From Acidiferrobacterales bacterium (GTDB taxonomy: Bacteria; Pseudomonadota; Gammaproteobacteria; Acidiferrobacterales; SPGG2): DNA of 64,000 nucleotides. Below the pieces are notes generated by a model that saw nothing but the letters and a program-made list of their open reading frames with translations, was not told where the DNA came from and ran no database searches. The stretch covers positions 19,431 to 83,430 of the forward strand of contig JBHICC010000002.1 of the NCBI GenBank assembly GCA_046759385.1. The letters run 5' to 3'. Shown piece after piece: positions 48,256 to 58,230 of this stretch. Within the stretch, counting starts at the first letter, position 1. Each line of letters begins with the position of its first letter. Both the position numbers and the translations under genes were made by a program.

Positions 48256-49524
48256 ATGATCCGTTTGTTTTGTCTCGCATTGGTTACGACGTTTGCATTG
48301 ATACTGTCTCCAGCACAGGGGCAGTTCGGCGACGACACGCCGGACCGCCCGGAGGAGATCGCTCCCGCGCCGCCGGGCGTGGAGCCGGTGATCCCGCTCA
48401 ACAAGGACGATCCGACCTATGACCTGTGGAAGAAGCGGCGCGACGATCTCCAGGCTGGCCGGGACCCCGGACCCATCGCCATCCAGCGCTACCCGGGCGG
48501 TTGGATGCCGATGGGCATTCCGACGTTCTTCCGCCTGCCGGTGGCGTTGACACCTGAAGACTTACGGGCAGGCCAGGTCGAGGTGGCCATGCTCGGTGCC
48601 TACACTGACATGGGCTTCGGATCCCGGGGCGCCGTCTTCGGGCCCCAGGCGTTTCGCGCACCGCCTGCAGATTACGGCACGTGGGGTGCCTATTCGATGC
48701 CGCACATGCCGACCCTGGTGAATCCCTTCGCGGAGCTAACCATCGTCGACTACGGAGATGCGCCCGTGGATCCGCTCAGCACCGAGCGCTCGGTTCACGC
48801 AATCCGCGAGCTCGTGCGCGAGATTACCGAAGTAAAGCTTAGGAACGGCACGCACGTGTTCCCGCTGATTATCGGTGGCGACCATTCGCTGACTTATCCC
48901 AACGTGGCGGGCGTGACCGACGTCTACGGCAAGGGCAACGTCGGCGTGATTCACTTCGATGCCCATTTCGACGGCTCCCAGATGATGGGTCATCTGATCA
49001 GTCATGGTGCGTGGGTGAAGCGACTGATCAAGGAAGGGCACGTCCCGGGAAAGAACTATATCCAGGTGGCCTTGCGGGGGTATTACCCAGACAAAGAAAC
49101 CTTTGAATGGATGCGCAAAGAGGGTTTCCGCTATCACACTATGGCTGAGGTAGAACGGCGTGGCTGGGACGCCGTGATGAAGGACGTCATCAAGGAGGCC
49201 AAGGACGGTCCGGAATACCTTTTCATCTCCTTCGACATCGACGCCATCGATCCGGCCTATACCCCAGGCACCGGTACACCGGAGCCGGGGGGGGGGTTGA
49301 CCACGCGCGAGGCTTTCCCGCTGGTGCGACGGCTCTGCGCCGAGACCAACGTTATCGGCTTCGACCTGGTGGAGTTGCTGCCGTACCGCGACCCGGGTTA
49401 TACGACGGTGCTGAACTCAAACCGTCTAGTCCGGGAATGCCTGGTGGGACTCGCGATGCGCAAGAAGGGCATCACTGAGGAGCATTACCTCAGCCCACTG
49501 ACCGTGGATGACGGGCGGAAGTAA
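48256..49524 (+). CDS. arginase/agmatinase/formiminoglutamase-family ureohydrolase with N-terminal signal peptide
   Basis: Mn-ligand motifs GGDHS, HFDAHFD and SFDIDAIDP, followed by GTGTPEPGGGLT. N-terminus MIRLFCLALVTTFALILSPAQG. Confidence 0.8.
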   Translation: MIRLFCLALVTTFALILSPAQGQFGDDTPDRPEEIAPAPPGVEPVIPLNKDDPTYDLWKKRRDDLQAGRDPGPIAIQRYPGGWMPMGIPTFFRLPVALTPEDLRAGQVEVAMLGAYTDMGFGSRGAVFGPQAFRAPPADYGTWGAYSMPHMPTLVNPFAELTIVDYGDAPVDPLSTERSVHAIRELVREITEVKLRNGTHVFPLIIGGDHSLTYPNVAGVTDVYGKGNVGVIHFDAHFDGSQMMGHLISHGAWVKRLIKEGHVPGKNYIQVALRGYYPDKETFEWMRKEGFRYHTMAEVERRGWDAVMKDVIKEAKDGPEYLFISFDIDAIDPAYTPGTGTPEPGGGLTTREAFPLVRRLCAETNVIGFDLVELLPYRDPGYTTVLNSNRLVRECLVGLAMRKKGITEEHYLSPLTVDDGRK

Positions 49525-49599
49525 AAAATATATAGCGTAATTTCTATGACCCATAAGTCTGATCTTAAGGACTTACTTTCTCATCTGCGGAGGTCTTAG

Positions 49600-50154
49600 A
49601 TGATCAGATCATCCATTTTCACGTTTGCCCTGCTGATTCTGTGCGCACCAGCGTGGGCCCAAAAGGTCAGCGTTGACTTCGACAAATCAGCCGACTTCGA
49701 GAAATACAAGACGTTTTCCTGGAAAGACTCTAATGAAGATCTGCGCGACACCGATCCGCTGTTTCACGATCGCATCGTTCGCGGTATCGAGCGCCGACTG
49801 CGTGAGGGAGGCATGACTCAGGTGGCCAAGGATCCAGACGCCTATGTGACCTATTACACCGCCGAAAGAGAGGAGACGGCTGTGCACACGGTCAGCATGG
49901 GTTACGGGATGGGAAGCAGTTGGTTTTGGGGCAGCGGGGTCGCTGGTTCGACGTCCCAAGTGGTTAAATACAAGGTGGGGACGTTGATTATCGACATCTG
50001 GGATGCAAAGACCTCAAAGCTCGTTTGGCGCGGCACCGCGTCGGACACTGTTTCGGAGAAACCGGCAAAGGTGGAAAAGCAAATCGAAAAGGCGCTGGAT
50101 AAGCTAGTCAGGAGATGGCATAGAGAGTACCGGAAACTGCAGAAGAACAAGTAA
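49600..50154 (+). CDS. exported protein (DUF4136-like)
   Basis: Signal peptide MIRSSIFTFALLILCAPAWA. VDFDKSADFEKYKTFSW and LIIDIWDAKTSKLVWRG resemble DUF4136 proteins; the name is from memory. Confidence 0.6.
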   Translation: MIRSSIFTFALLILCAPAWAQKVSVDFDKSADFEKYKTFSWKDSNEDLRDTDPLFHDRIVRGIERRLREGGMTQVAKDPDAYVTYYTAEREETAVHTVSMGYGMGSSWFWGSGVAGSTSQVVKYKVGTLIIDIWDAKTSKLVWRGTASDTVSEKPAKVEKQIEKALDKLVRRWHREYRKLQKNK

Positions 50155-50265
50155 TAGGCATTAGCCGATCGCTATTCGAGGGCAGGCACAGGTCGAGTAG
50201 AGAAAGACCGTCCACTCGTAAGCGAAAACGTTAGGACAATCTCGGAGACAGAAGGAGGTATTGGG

Positions 50266-50736
50266 ATGGCATTAACGCTTACATCGTCGGCATTCGCTCA
50301 AAATGGCGATATCCGAAAACGTTACACCTGTGATGGCGATGACATATCGCCGGACCTGTCCTGGACTGGTGTACCGAATGGAACCGAGAGTCTGGCGTTA
50401 ATCGTCGATGATCCTGATGCACCGGATCCGGCAGCACCGCAGATGGTTTGGGTGCACTGGGTACTTTATAACATTCCGCCCAACACCACGGGTCTACCGG
50501 AGGCGGTAAGGTCGAGTGATCTGGCGTCCGGAACCCGGGAAGGGCTCAACGATTGGAAGCGCACGGGCTACGGTGGGCCGTGCCCGCCTGTTGGCCGCCA
50601 TCGTTATTTTCACAAGCTTTATGCGTTGGATGTTACGCTTCCTGATCTCGGCCAACCGACGAAGGGAGCGCTCGAGAAAGCTATGCAAGGGCACATTCTC
50701 GAGCGAGCGGAATTGATTGGGACCTATCAGCGCTGA
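50266..50736 (+). CDS. YbhB/YbcL-family phosphatidylethanolamine-binding (PEBP) protein
   Basis: LTSSAF..G..I...YTCDG.DISP.LSW, DDPDAP and GRHRY.F.LYALD motifs. Confidence 0.8.
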   Translation: MALTLTSSAFAQNGDIRKRYTCDGDDISPDLSWTGVPNGTESLALIVDDPDAPDPAAPQMVWVHWVLYNIPPNTTGLPEAVRSSDLASGTREGLNDWKRTGYGGPCPPVGRHRYFHKLYALDVTLPDLGQPTKGALEKAMQGHILERAELIGTYQR

Positions 50737-51656
50737 AGTCCCTTTCGCTGTTCCTCTAAGCCGTCCCAAAACGCAGCGACACCGTCTAACATCTCATTAC
50801 CATGGCGTATAAAGGCGTCCTCATCCATGTCGGCGCTAAAGTAAAGCTCTTCCAACTCTTCTTGTGTGTGTTGCGCATGTTGCGCTTCGAGTCGCGCATG
50901 CCAGGTAAAGAACGCAAGTGGGAGCTTGGCACCAGTACGCTCGTTGCACTTGTTAAACCCCTCGACAAGCTCATCCCAAAACCCCGCTGCCGCCCAGTTC
51001 TCAACCGCATAGCTAGCGGCCTGGGAGATCAGGTAGTCTTCACTGCCGTATAATCTCTTCAATTCGTCGCAAAAGAAAAGCGTGGACTGGGTTCCGTGAC
51101 GACGTTTACCCACGTCATTGAAATCCAACTCTAATTTCGATGCGATCTGCAGCAACCACTCGAAGTGTGCGGCACGGAACCGGAACGTACCGCCCTCTAC
51201 CGTCCCTTCGCACGAAACCAGCTGTGGATCGACATCGTCATTCGCCGCTAGCGTTGCCCTGGCAGCACCTCCTGATTTGAAAACGACACCGATCTCGTTG
51301 GCAAGGATTTCCTTGGACGCTCGCATTCCCTCAAGCGAATCAGCGTTAATTGTCTTGTACAGCTGCGCGATCAGGAACAAATTAGAGAAGACCGAGAACT
51401 GAACGATGAAAGCCTTGATCTGTTCAGTTGTCTGTCTGCCTTGTTTGAACCAACCGGTATATCGGTTGTCCGTAATGACGCGATGTTGCAATACCTTCGT
51501 GTTAATGCGGGCCTGGAATGCCAGAAACCGCCTCGCCTTCTGGACAGAGTAGCCCGTCTGGCCTTTGACGATTGCCTGCAACGACGGCAATGTCAGGCCA
51601 ACGAGGTCATGCTCCTCGGCAAAGGTCTCCAGTTTCGGGTTCGTCGCTACGCTCAT
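50727..51656 (-). CDS. heme-oxygenase-like fold, putative diiron (iron-containing redox enzyme family) protein
   Basis: 309 aa, predicted all-helical. Carboxylate/His pattern: ANE (helix 1), AAHFEW, YAVENW, and C-terminal WHARLEAQH (H-x3-E-x2-H). Family assigned by motif pattern only. Confidence 0.55.
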   Translation of the reverse strand: MSVATNPKLETFAEEHDLVGLTLPSLQAIVKGQTGYSVQKARRFLAFQARINTKVLQHRVITDNRYTGWFKQGRQTTEQIKAFIVQFSVFSNLFLIAQLYKTINADSLEGMRASKEILANEIGVVFKSGGAARATLAANDDVDPQLVSCEGTVEGGTFRFRAAHFEWLLQIASKLELDFNDVGKRRHGTQSTLFFCDELKRLYGSEDYLISQAASYAVENWAAAGFWDELVEGFNKCNERTGAKLPLAFFTWHARLEAQHAQHTQEELEELYFSADMDEDAFIRHGNEMLDGVAAFWDGLEEQRKGLQR

Positions 51657-51816
51657 GAATTCACCTCGTTATGAAGATTCCGTCCTGCTGCGGGCAGGAA
51701 GTGTCCACCCCATGGCACACCTACCGAAATCAGTGAACACCCCACTACCAAAGGCAGCGTCTTACTGACAATTTTAGACGATGGTGCGCATACCGGGTTC
51801 CTCGGCATGTAAACTC

Positions 51817-52461
51817 TTATTCGGCGTCTGCTTGATTTTCCGGTGCTGCCGCTTGGAATGCCGCGAGGCGCATGCAGTGCTCATGAATTTGCTGAATCAT
51901 CGGATAAGCACTTAGATCGCAGTTGAAACGTTTGGCATTGAAGACTTGTGGTACCAGACATACATCCGCCAAGGTGGGCGAACCACCATAGCAATATGAC
52001 TCGGCGTCTAGATTGCTCGTTAGGTGGGTTTCAAACGCCTCGAACCCCTCATGGATCCAGTGTTTGTACCAATCCAGGCGAGCCTGTTCCTCGTGTCCCA
52101 AGCGTCCTGTGAGGTATTTCAACACACGCTGGTTATTTAGAGGGTGAATATCGCACGCCACGATCTCGGCGAGCGAACGCACGTAGGCACGTTCACCCAC
52201 CGTCTCCGGGAGCAGTGGTGGATCCGGATAGACCTCATCAATGTATTCGATGATCGCGAGCGATTGAGTGAGTACCCGTCCATCATGAATCAAGGTAGGC
52301 ACAAAACCTTGGGGGTTCAGCTCCAGGTACTCTGGTCGCTTGTGTTGACCACCGTCCCTGACAAGGTGTACAGAATGCGATTGGTAGTCGAGCCTTTTCA
52401 AATTCAGCGCAATGCGTACGCGAAATGCAGCGGAACTCCTGAAGTACGTATACAGTTGCAT
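51817..52461 (-). CDS. maiA: maleylacetoacetate isomerase (GST zeta)
   Basis: MQLYTYFRSSAAFRVRIALNLK (SSxxxRVRIAL signature) and position next to the fah/hmgA genes. The start is taken at ATG 52461. Confidence 0.85.
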   Translation of the reverse strand: MQLYTYFRSSAAFRVRIALNLKRLDYQSHSVHLVRDGGQHKRPEYLELNPQGFVPTLIHDGRVLTQSLAIIEYIDEVYPDPPLLPETVGERAYVRSLAEIVACDIHPLNNQRVLKYLTGRLGHEEQARLDWYKHWIHEGFEAFETHLTSNLDAESYCYGGSPTLADVCLVPQVFNAKRFNCDLSAYPMIQQIHEHCMRLAAFQAAAPENQADAE

Positions 52462-52638
52462 AGCGCGCTGCATAATCAGTACCTCGCCATCCAATAACTA
52501 CGCAACGCAAAGGCGCAGAGGTTTTCGGATGGTTGAAGCGACAGCTGTAACGCATAATTTGACGAACCCATCTCTTACACCTACTTCTGTATTTTGATAT
52601 TACTCTGCACGTTCGCGCCTCTGTGTTTGCTGTTGGAA

Positions 52639-53622
52639 TTAGGCTTTGTATTTTTGCACCACCTGTTCGATCGCACCGAAGATACTCGCCCCGGAACTGT
52701 CCAGCATTTCTATGCGCACGCGATCGCCATAATGCATAAATGGGGTTACCGCCTTTCCCGTATCTATAATCTCGAGCACGCGCCGCTCGGCAATACAAGA
52801 ACAACCTCGTGTGAGATCTTCGTTCGAGATCGTACCCGAACCGACAATCGTGCCTGCACTGAGACGTCGGGTTTTTGCCGCATGACTGACCAAGGCAGGA
52901 AAGTCAAACTGCATGTCTGCGCCTGTATCGGGATTCCCGAATAATTCGTCATTGAGAAGGGTGAGTAAAGGCAAGTGAACTTTGCCGCCGTCCCAAGTTT
53001 CGCCGAGCTCATCAGGCGTCACGGCAACAGGGGAAAACGCGCTTGCAGGTTTTCCATGCAGGAAACCGAAGCCTTTCGCGAGTTCTGCTGGGATCAGGTT
53101 ACGCAACGATACGTCGTTGACGAGCATGAGCAGCTTGATGTGACCGCGCGCTTCGGACGGCGCTGCACCCATCGGGACATCGTCCGTGATCACGCTGACT
53201 TCGGCTTCAAAGTCCACGCCCCATTTTTCGTCCGCGACGAAAATGGAGTCACGCGGGCCAAGGAAGTCGTCGGATCCTCCTTGATACATCAGCGGATCAC
53301 TCAAGAAGCTTGGTGGCATCTCCGCCCCGCGCGCCTTACGGACGCGCTCGACATGGGTGAGATAGGCGCTTCCGTCAAGCCATTGATAAGCGCGTGGCAA
53401 AGGCGAGGCGAGCGCATCGAAATCGAGTTCGAAGCCGTTGATCTTCTTTGTGTTAAGCGCTTCGCACACCGCAGCAAGCGCAGGGGCCGTGCGTTCCCAG
53501 TCTTCGAGTGCAGCTTGCAGGGTGAGGGCGTGTTCAGGGACTTTGCAGGCGCGCGTCAGATTGCGGTTTACGACAATCAGGGTACCATCGCTGCCGCCCG
53601 ACTTAAGTGAAGCAAGCTTCAC
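52639..53622 (-). CDS. fumarylacetoacetate hydrolase family protein
   Basis: MKLASLKSGGSDGTLIVV N-terminus using GTG 53622 (GTGA overlap with the hmgA stop) and FAH-fold C-terminal motifs (GTIVGSGTISN). Its role as fumarylacetoacetase is inferred from context. Confidence 0.75.
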   Translation of the reverse strand: MKLASLKSGGSDGTLIVVNRNLTRACKVPEHALTLQAALEDWERTAPALAAVCEALNTKKINGFELDFDALASPLPRAYQWLDGSAYLTHVERVRKARGAEMPPSFLSDPLMYQGGSDDFLGPRDSIFVADEKWGVDFEAEVSVITDDVPMGAAPSEARGHIKLLMLVNDVSLRNLIPAELAKGFGFLHGKPASAFSPVAVTPDELGETWDGGKVHLPLLTLLNDELFGNPDTGADMQFDFPALVSHAAKTRRLSAGTIVGSGTISNEDLTRGCSCIAERRVLEIIDTGKAVTPFMHYGDRVRIEMLDSSGASIFGAIEQVVQKYKA

Positions 53623-54755
53623 GTGTTGCTGTTTTTCCAAGAATCGACATAACCGGTCCACTCGACTTCCGCCAATCGTGTCCCGACGTCTAGCGCATCG
53701 CGCGTGTCGATCATAACGGCAACTTCGTTCGTTTCCTTGCGGGTAGCCTCTTGCCCGGCTGCAAAGGCCTTCGGGTGCGGACCATGCGTAATACCGCTTG
53801 GATGCAAGGTCAGCATCCCAGGATGGATGTTATCGCGAGAGAAGAACTCGCCACGATGGTAAAAGATCACCTCGTCGTAATCGTCGTTATTGTGAAAGAA
53901 AGGCACCTTAAGTGCCCCGGGGTCGCTTTCGATCGGGCGCGGACAGAACGTGCAAACCACGAAGCGATTGGTGAGGAACGTGGTATGCGCAGACGGTGGT
54001 ACATGATAACGATGACTCATGAGTGGTCGAATGTCGCGCCAGTTCAAGCGCACTGGGACTAAAGTGCCATGCCAACCAACAGCATCGAGCGGGTTGAACG
54101 GATAGGTAACAGTACTCAAAGCGCCGCGTCGCTTGACAACGATCTGCCATGGACTGTCAGTCTGCTGGGCGGCGAAGGCGTCGTCGATCGATGGCGTCTT
54201 CAGTACTGCAGGATCGAAAACAGCGTGATGACCTACAATGCCTTTGTCGGGCAACCGGTAGCTGTCATCGCTGGCCTCGATCAGTAGAGCGATAAGCGGA
54301 TCTTTGATCTCCATCCGCCACAAGGTGCCTCTCGGCAACAGCACGTAGTCACCGTCGCCAAACGCGATATGACCGTAATCGCAGAACAGATCGCCCTTTC
54401 CTTCGTGAATGAATAGCAACTCGTCCCCGTCGGCGTTTCTCACAAGCTCGCTCATCGCCCGTGTAGCCTTCCACAGGCGAACACGCGCACTTGCATTGGC
54501 GAGCAGCTCGGTCGCTTCCCAAGGCGACTCTGACTGGCGCTCGAGCTTGGTGGTGTCGAACGCACGCGGTCGCAGGGGCCCGTCAACGGACGTCCAGCTT
54601 GTAGGCGGATGTCGGTGATACATCTGCGTCGATGGACCATAGAAGCCTTGCTTCCCGAGTTCGCGTTCGTAGGTATCTTGCGGAAGATCAGCGTGGGCTT
54701 GCCGAGACACGTTCCCTTCGATCTTGGGGAAGGAGATCCAGTGCGACTTCGCCAT
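53619..54755 (-). CDS. hmgA: homogentisate 1,2-dioxygenase (short form)
   Basis: 378-aa cupin-type protein (GFYGPSTQMYH, FIHEGKGDL, HPSGITHGPHP) between hppD and fah. Assignment relies partly on context. Confidence 0.7.
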   Translation of the reverse strand: MAKSHWISFPKIEGNVSRQAHADLPQDTYERELGKQGFYGPSTQMYHRHPPTSWTSVDGPLRPRAFDTTKLERQSESPWEATELLANASARVRLWKATRAMSELVRNADGDELLFIHEGKGDLFCDYGHIAFGDGDYVLLPRGTLWRMEIKDPLIALLIEASDDSYRLPDKGIVGHHAVFDPAVLKTPSIDDAFAAQQTDSPWQIVVKRRGALSTVTYPFNPLDAVGWHGTLVPVRLNWRDIRPLMSHRYHVPPSAHTTFLTNRFVVCTFCPRPIESDPGALKVPFFHNNDDYDEVIFYHRGEFFSRDNIHPGMLTLHPSGITHGPHPKAFAAGQEATRKETNEVAVMIDTRDALDVGTRLAEVEWTGYVDSWKNSNT

Positions 54756-54756
54756 T

Positions 54757-55812
54757 TCAGATCACTCCGCGAGCCACTTGATCGCGCTCGATCGCCTCGA
54801 ACAGAGCCTGGAAATTGCCCTCACCGAAACCCTGATTGCCCTTGCGTTGGATGATCTCGAAGAAGATCGGACCGATTACGGTCTCGGTGAATATCTGCAA
54901 CAGCAAGCCGAGATCCTTACGAGGTGCACCGTCAATTAGAATGCGATTGCGCCGTAGCCGCTTCAAGTCTTCACCATGGTCTGGAATGCGCTTCTCAATC
55001 GCCTCGTAATAGGTGTCAGGCGTGTCCATAAACTTGACATGCTGGCCACTTAGCGCTTCGACGGTGCTGTAGATGTCGTCCGTGGCGAGCGCGATATGCT
55101 GAATTCCCTCCCCGCGGTAATCCTCCAGGTATTCCTGAATCTGCGATTTCGCATCCGAAGGTTCATTAATGGGAATACGGATTTTCCCGCAGGGACTGGT
55201 CATCGCGCGCGACTTCAGCCCCGTCGCCTTGCCGTGGATGTCGAAGAAACGCGTCTCGCGGAAGTTAAACAGCCGCTCATAAAAGCTAGCCCAAAGATCC
55301 ATGCGACCCTTGTGCACATTGTGAGTGAGGTGGTCAACATACGCGAGCCCGACACCTGTCGGACGCGAAGGCACGCCGTCGATCGGCACGAAGTCAACGT
55401 CATAGATCGAGCGGTCACCATAGCGATCGATGAGATAAATAAGACTGCCACCGATTCCACGGATTGCGGGTATGTTTAGCTCCATGGGCCCGACGCGGCC
55501 TTCATAAGGTTCGGCGCCAAGCTCAACGGAACGTTCGTACGCATAGGCCGCGTCTTTGACTCTTATCCCAAATGCGCACACGGAGGGCCCGTGTACTTTC
55601 GCAAAGGCCTGAGCAAAGCTTTGCGGTTCGCGGTTGACGATGAAGTTGATATCACCCTGACGATAAAGCATCACGTCCTTAGAGCGGTGATGCGCTACCG
55701 CGGTGAAACCCATCTTTTGGAATAGCGCCTCGAGTAAGCCGGTATCAGGCCCCGTGTACTCGATGAACTCGAAACCATCTGTGCCCATGAGGTTTTCGGC
55801 AGGAGAGCTCAT
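54757..55812 (-). CDS. hppD: 4-hydroxyphenylpyruvate dioxygenase
   Basis: GFEFIEY N-terminus, GIQHIAL, and the C-terminal signature [24 protein letters not shown]. Confidence 0.9.
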   Translation of the reverse strand: MSSPAENLMGTDGFEFIEYTGPDTGLLEALFQKMGFTAVAHHRSKDVMLYRQGDINFIVNREPQSFAQAFAKVHGPSVCAFGIRVKDAAYAYERSVELGAEPYEGRVGPMELNIPAIRGIGGSLIYLIDRYGDRSIYDVDFVPIDGVPSRPTGVGLAYVDHLTHNVHKGRMDLWASFYERLFNFRETRFFDIHGKATGLKSRAMTSPCGKIRIPINEPSDAKSQIQEYLEDYRGEGIQHIALATDDIYSTVEALSGQHVKFMDTPDTYYEAIEKRIPDHGEDLKRLRRNRILIDGAPRKDLGLLLQIFTETVIGPIFFEIIQRKGNQGFGEGNFQALFEAIERDQVARGVI

Positions 55813-55927
55813 AAGCAGCCTCTGTTCGGTCTAACAGATCCTTGCGTGTTCAAATGCACCCCTGAAAAAGTCTATCCGTTTACTTCCTGGGTCGAGGAGT
55901 CCCTAGCCAAAATATAGACCAACCGAC

Positions 55928-57163
55928 TCAGCCGGCGTTCCGTTCGCGAACGCCTCGTTCGCTCCGCAGGGTCTGGGCCAAGCGCGCCACAGCCTCTGTA
56001 AGCTCTTGTTCTGTATTGAGAATATCTGGACAAAGGCGCAGCATCCGCTCGCGTGCGTCGGCGATAACGCCTTGTTGCCGCAGCCGTCTAGCGAGGTCCA
56101 CGCTGCGTTCGTGCGGGGTTGCTAGAAATGCGCCGCGCTGCTCCGGCGTGCCGATGACCGACACGCGTTGCTCGGCCAGCAGTTCTTCCAGGTACCGCTG
56201 CTGGCGCAAGGAATAGTCGCGGAGTCGTTCGACACCCAGCGCAAGAACGAACTCAAGCCCCGCACGTGCCTGGTAAAACGGTAGGATTGCCGGTGTAGAT
56301 TCCAAAAAAGCATCGCCTCCCCCGGAAAATCGTGGCCTCGCTGTACGCTCGAAATCAAGGGGCGCCGCAAGCGCGAACCAGCCTGTGTCGAGTGTTTGAA
56401 ATGTGCCATCAAGATGTCGTGGATGCAGATAAAGCCAGCCTGCACCCGTGCCACCGCGCAGATATTTGTAACAGCCACCGATTGCAAAATCAGCGTTCAG
56501 CTCTTGCACATCTACTGGCATTGCACCGGCGGCGTGATAGAGGTCAACGAGCACCAAGGTGCCGCGCGCCTGTGCGTTGGCAATGGCAGTCTGTAGCCCA
56601 TGGAGTAACTGACCAGTGCTATACAGGACTAACGATACCACCAGCAATCGGGTGGACTTGTCGAGCGCGTTCAGTATGTCTTCTACCTGGTATGAGCCAG
56701 TGGCGTCAGGTTCTACATACGTTATGTCAATGCGGCCGCGTTGTGCATACACTTTGAGAACGGTGTCGATCGAGTCGAACTCGTCGCACGTAGTCACGAC
56801 ACCAATGCGTTCGTCAAAGCAGTTCAATACAGCCCGCAACCCCTGCCCAGCACTAGCTTTGGGTACGATACAATCAGCGCGTGCCGCTTTAATCAGTCTC
56901 GCAACGCGGTGGCGAAATGCCTCGCGCTCACTAAGCCAGTCGTCCCAAGCTGCATCCATGCGCTCATACCAGAACCGCATCGCTTCCTGGACATCGACGG
57001 AAGTCTGATCTAGTGGACGGCCCAGCGAATGATTGGCTAGGTAGATTTCTTTGCCGGCATGCTGCAATGCCCGTGAGAACAGCGGGTGGATGTGTTGAAC
57101 CAATGCGGCTTCGGAGAACGCTGCGTCACCCAGACCGGCGACGGCGCCTTGAATATCAGTCAC
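55928..57163 (-). CDS. kynU: kynureninase-like PLP-dependent enzyme (aminotransferase class V fold)
   Basis: [16 protein letters not shown] and the PLP-Lys region [14 protein letters not shown] parallel Pseudomonas KynU motifs as I recall them. GTG 57163 overlaps the kynA stop (GTGA). The sequence is divergent, so function is partly contextual. Confidence 0.65.
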   Translation of the reverse strand: MTDIQGAVAGLGDAAFSEAALVQHIHPLFSRALQHAGKEIYLANHSLGRPLDQTSVDVQEAMRFWYERMDAAWDDWLSEREAFRHRVARLIKAARADCIVPKASAGQGLRAVLNCFDERIGVVTTCDEFDSIDTVLKVYAQRGRIDITYVEPDATGSYQVEDILNALDKSTRLLVVSLVLYSTGQLLHGLQTAIANAQARGTLVLVDLYHAAGAMPVDVQELNADFAIGGCYKYLRGGTGAGWLYLHPRHLDGTFQTLDTGWFALAAPLDFERTARPRFSGGGDAFLESTPAILPFYQARAGLEFVLALGVERLRDYSLRQQRYLEELLAEQRVSVIGTPEQRGAFLATPHERSVDLARRLRQQGVIADARERMLRLCPDILNTEQELTEAVARLAQTLRSERGVRERNAG

Positions 57164-58083
57164 TGCTCCGGGCCGATCTCGGTGCGTACATCGTATAGCT
57201 CCGGGAAAAATCGTTGGTCCAACACACGGCGTAGGAACGCTACCCCGGATGAACCGCCTGTTCCGCGCTTGTAGCCGATGATGCGTTCGACCGTTTTCAT
57301 ATGACGAAAGCGCCACAACTGAAATTGCTCTTCGACATCGACCAACTTTTCGCACATAGCGTAGGGATCCCAGTGGTCATGCGGCGCGTCATATATCTGT
57401 TTAAACACAGGAATGAGTCCTTCGTTGCGCTGATAAGGACGCGACCAGTCGCGCTCTACGCTACCTTCAGGTACGGCGTAGCCTTGTCGATGGAGATGAC
57501 GTAAGAACTCGTCGTAGATACTGGGGCTTTCCAATGTTCGCTTAAGCTCGTCATAAGTCTCGCGATCGTACTGGAAGACCGCAAGCATGTCTCGATCCTT
57601 GTTGCCGAGAGTGTACTCGATGGCACGATATTGCGGCGATTGAATTCCTGAGGCATGGCCCAGTACATGCCTAAACTTGACGTATTCACTCGGTGTTAGC
57701 GTAGACAGAACGGCCCATTGCTCGAACAGCTGGAGTTGAATTAGCTTGACTCTTGCAAGGATCTTGAAACAGGGGTTCAAGTTGTCAGCCTTGATATGCT
57801 CAATAGCAGCACGCAACTCGTGAAGCACGAGCTTCATCCATAGCTCGGACGTCTGGTGTTGTATGATGAACAGCAGCTCGTCGTGGTGCGGTGGGCTGCT
57901 AAGCGGCTTTTGCGCGTCGAGCAGTTGATCAAGGCGCAAGTAGCGCGCATAGGTCAACTGACCGCGGAGGTCAAACTCGATTGCCTCGTTTTGCGCGCTG
58001 TCCTTTTTCGTATGACTGGCCACGCTCAGTCTTGAGCTGTTAGATGGGAACCCTTGTCCGCAAGCCAGCGGTTGCACATACAA
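57160..58083 (-). CDS. kynA: tryptophan 2,3-dioxygenase
   Basis: [40 protein letters not shown] is the TDO signature. The start codon is uncertain: TTG 58083 in the track, with in-frame GTG alternatives downstream. Confidence 0.85.
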   Translation of the reverse strand: MYVQPLACGQGFPSNSSRLSVASHTKKDSAQNEAIEFDLRGQLTYARYLRLDQLLDAQKPLSSPPHHDELLFIIQHQTSELWMKLVLHELRAAIEHIKADNLNPCFKILARVKLIQLQLFEQWAVLSTLTPSEYVKFRHVLGHASGIQSPQYRAIEYTLGNKDRDMLAVFQYDRETYDELKRTLESPSIYDEFLRHLHRQGYAVPEGSVERDWSRPYQRNEGLIPVFKQIYDAPHDHWDPYAMCEKLVDVEEQFQLWRFRHMKTVERIIGYKRGTGGSSGVAFLRRVLDQRFFPELYDVRTEIGPEQ

Positions 58084-58230
58084 CGGCTATAATAAGTCTA
58101 GCAGAAGCTCTGGCCTTGAAAGCGGACCGATGTTCGTGTCCACCGAGGGCGCGTTTTGGGCTAGCGAAACTCCGGCTTCGTGCGCCAATGGTGAAGTCTT
58201 CATAAGGTTTCAGTTATCCTTATATAGGGT

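Noticed and set aside
57160-57355. 196-nt overlap between the tracked kynU and kynA ORFs; also the 70-nt E1 alpha/E1 beta, 43-nt hmgA/fah and 109-nt DUF484/xerC overlaps
   Set aside because: These are artefacts of taking the longest ORF. In each case an in-frame GTG or ATG at or just after the upstream stop gives the family-typical N-terminus (57163, 60522, 53622 and 18565).
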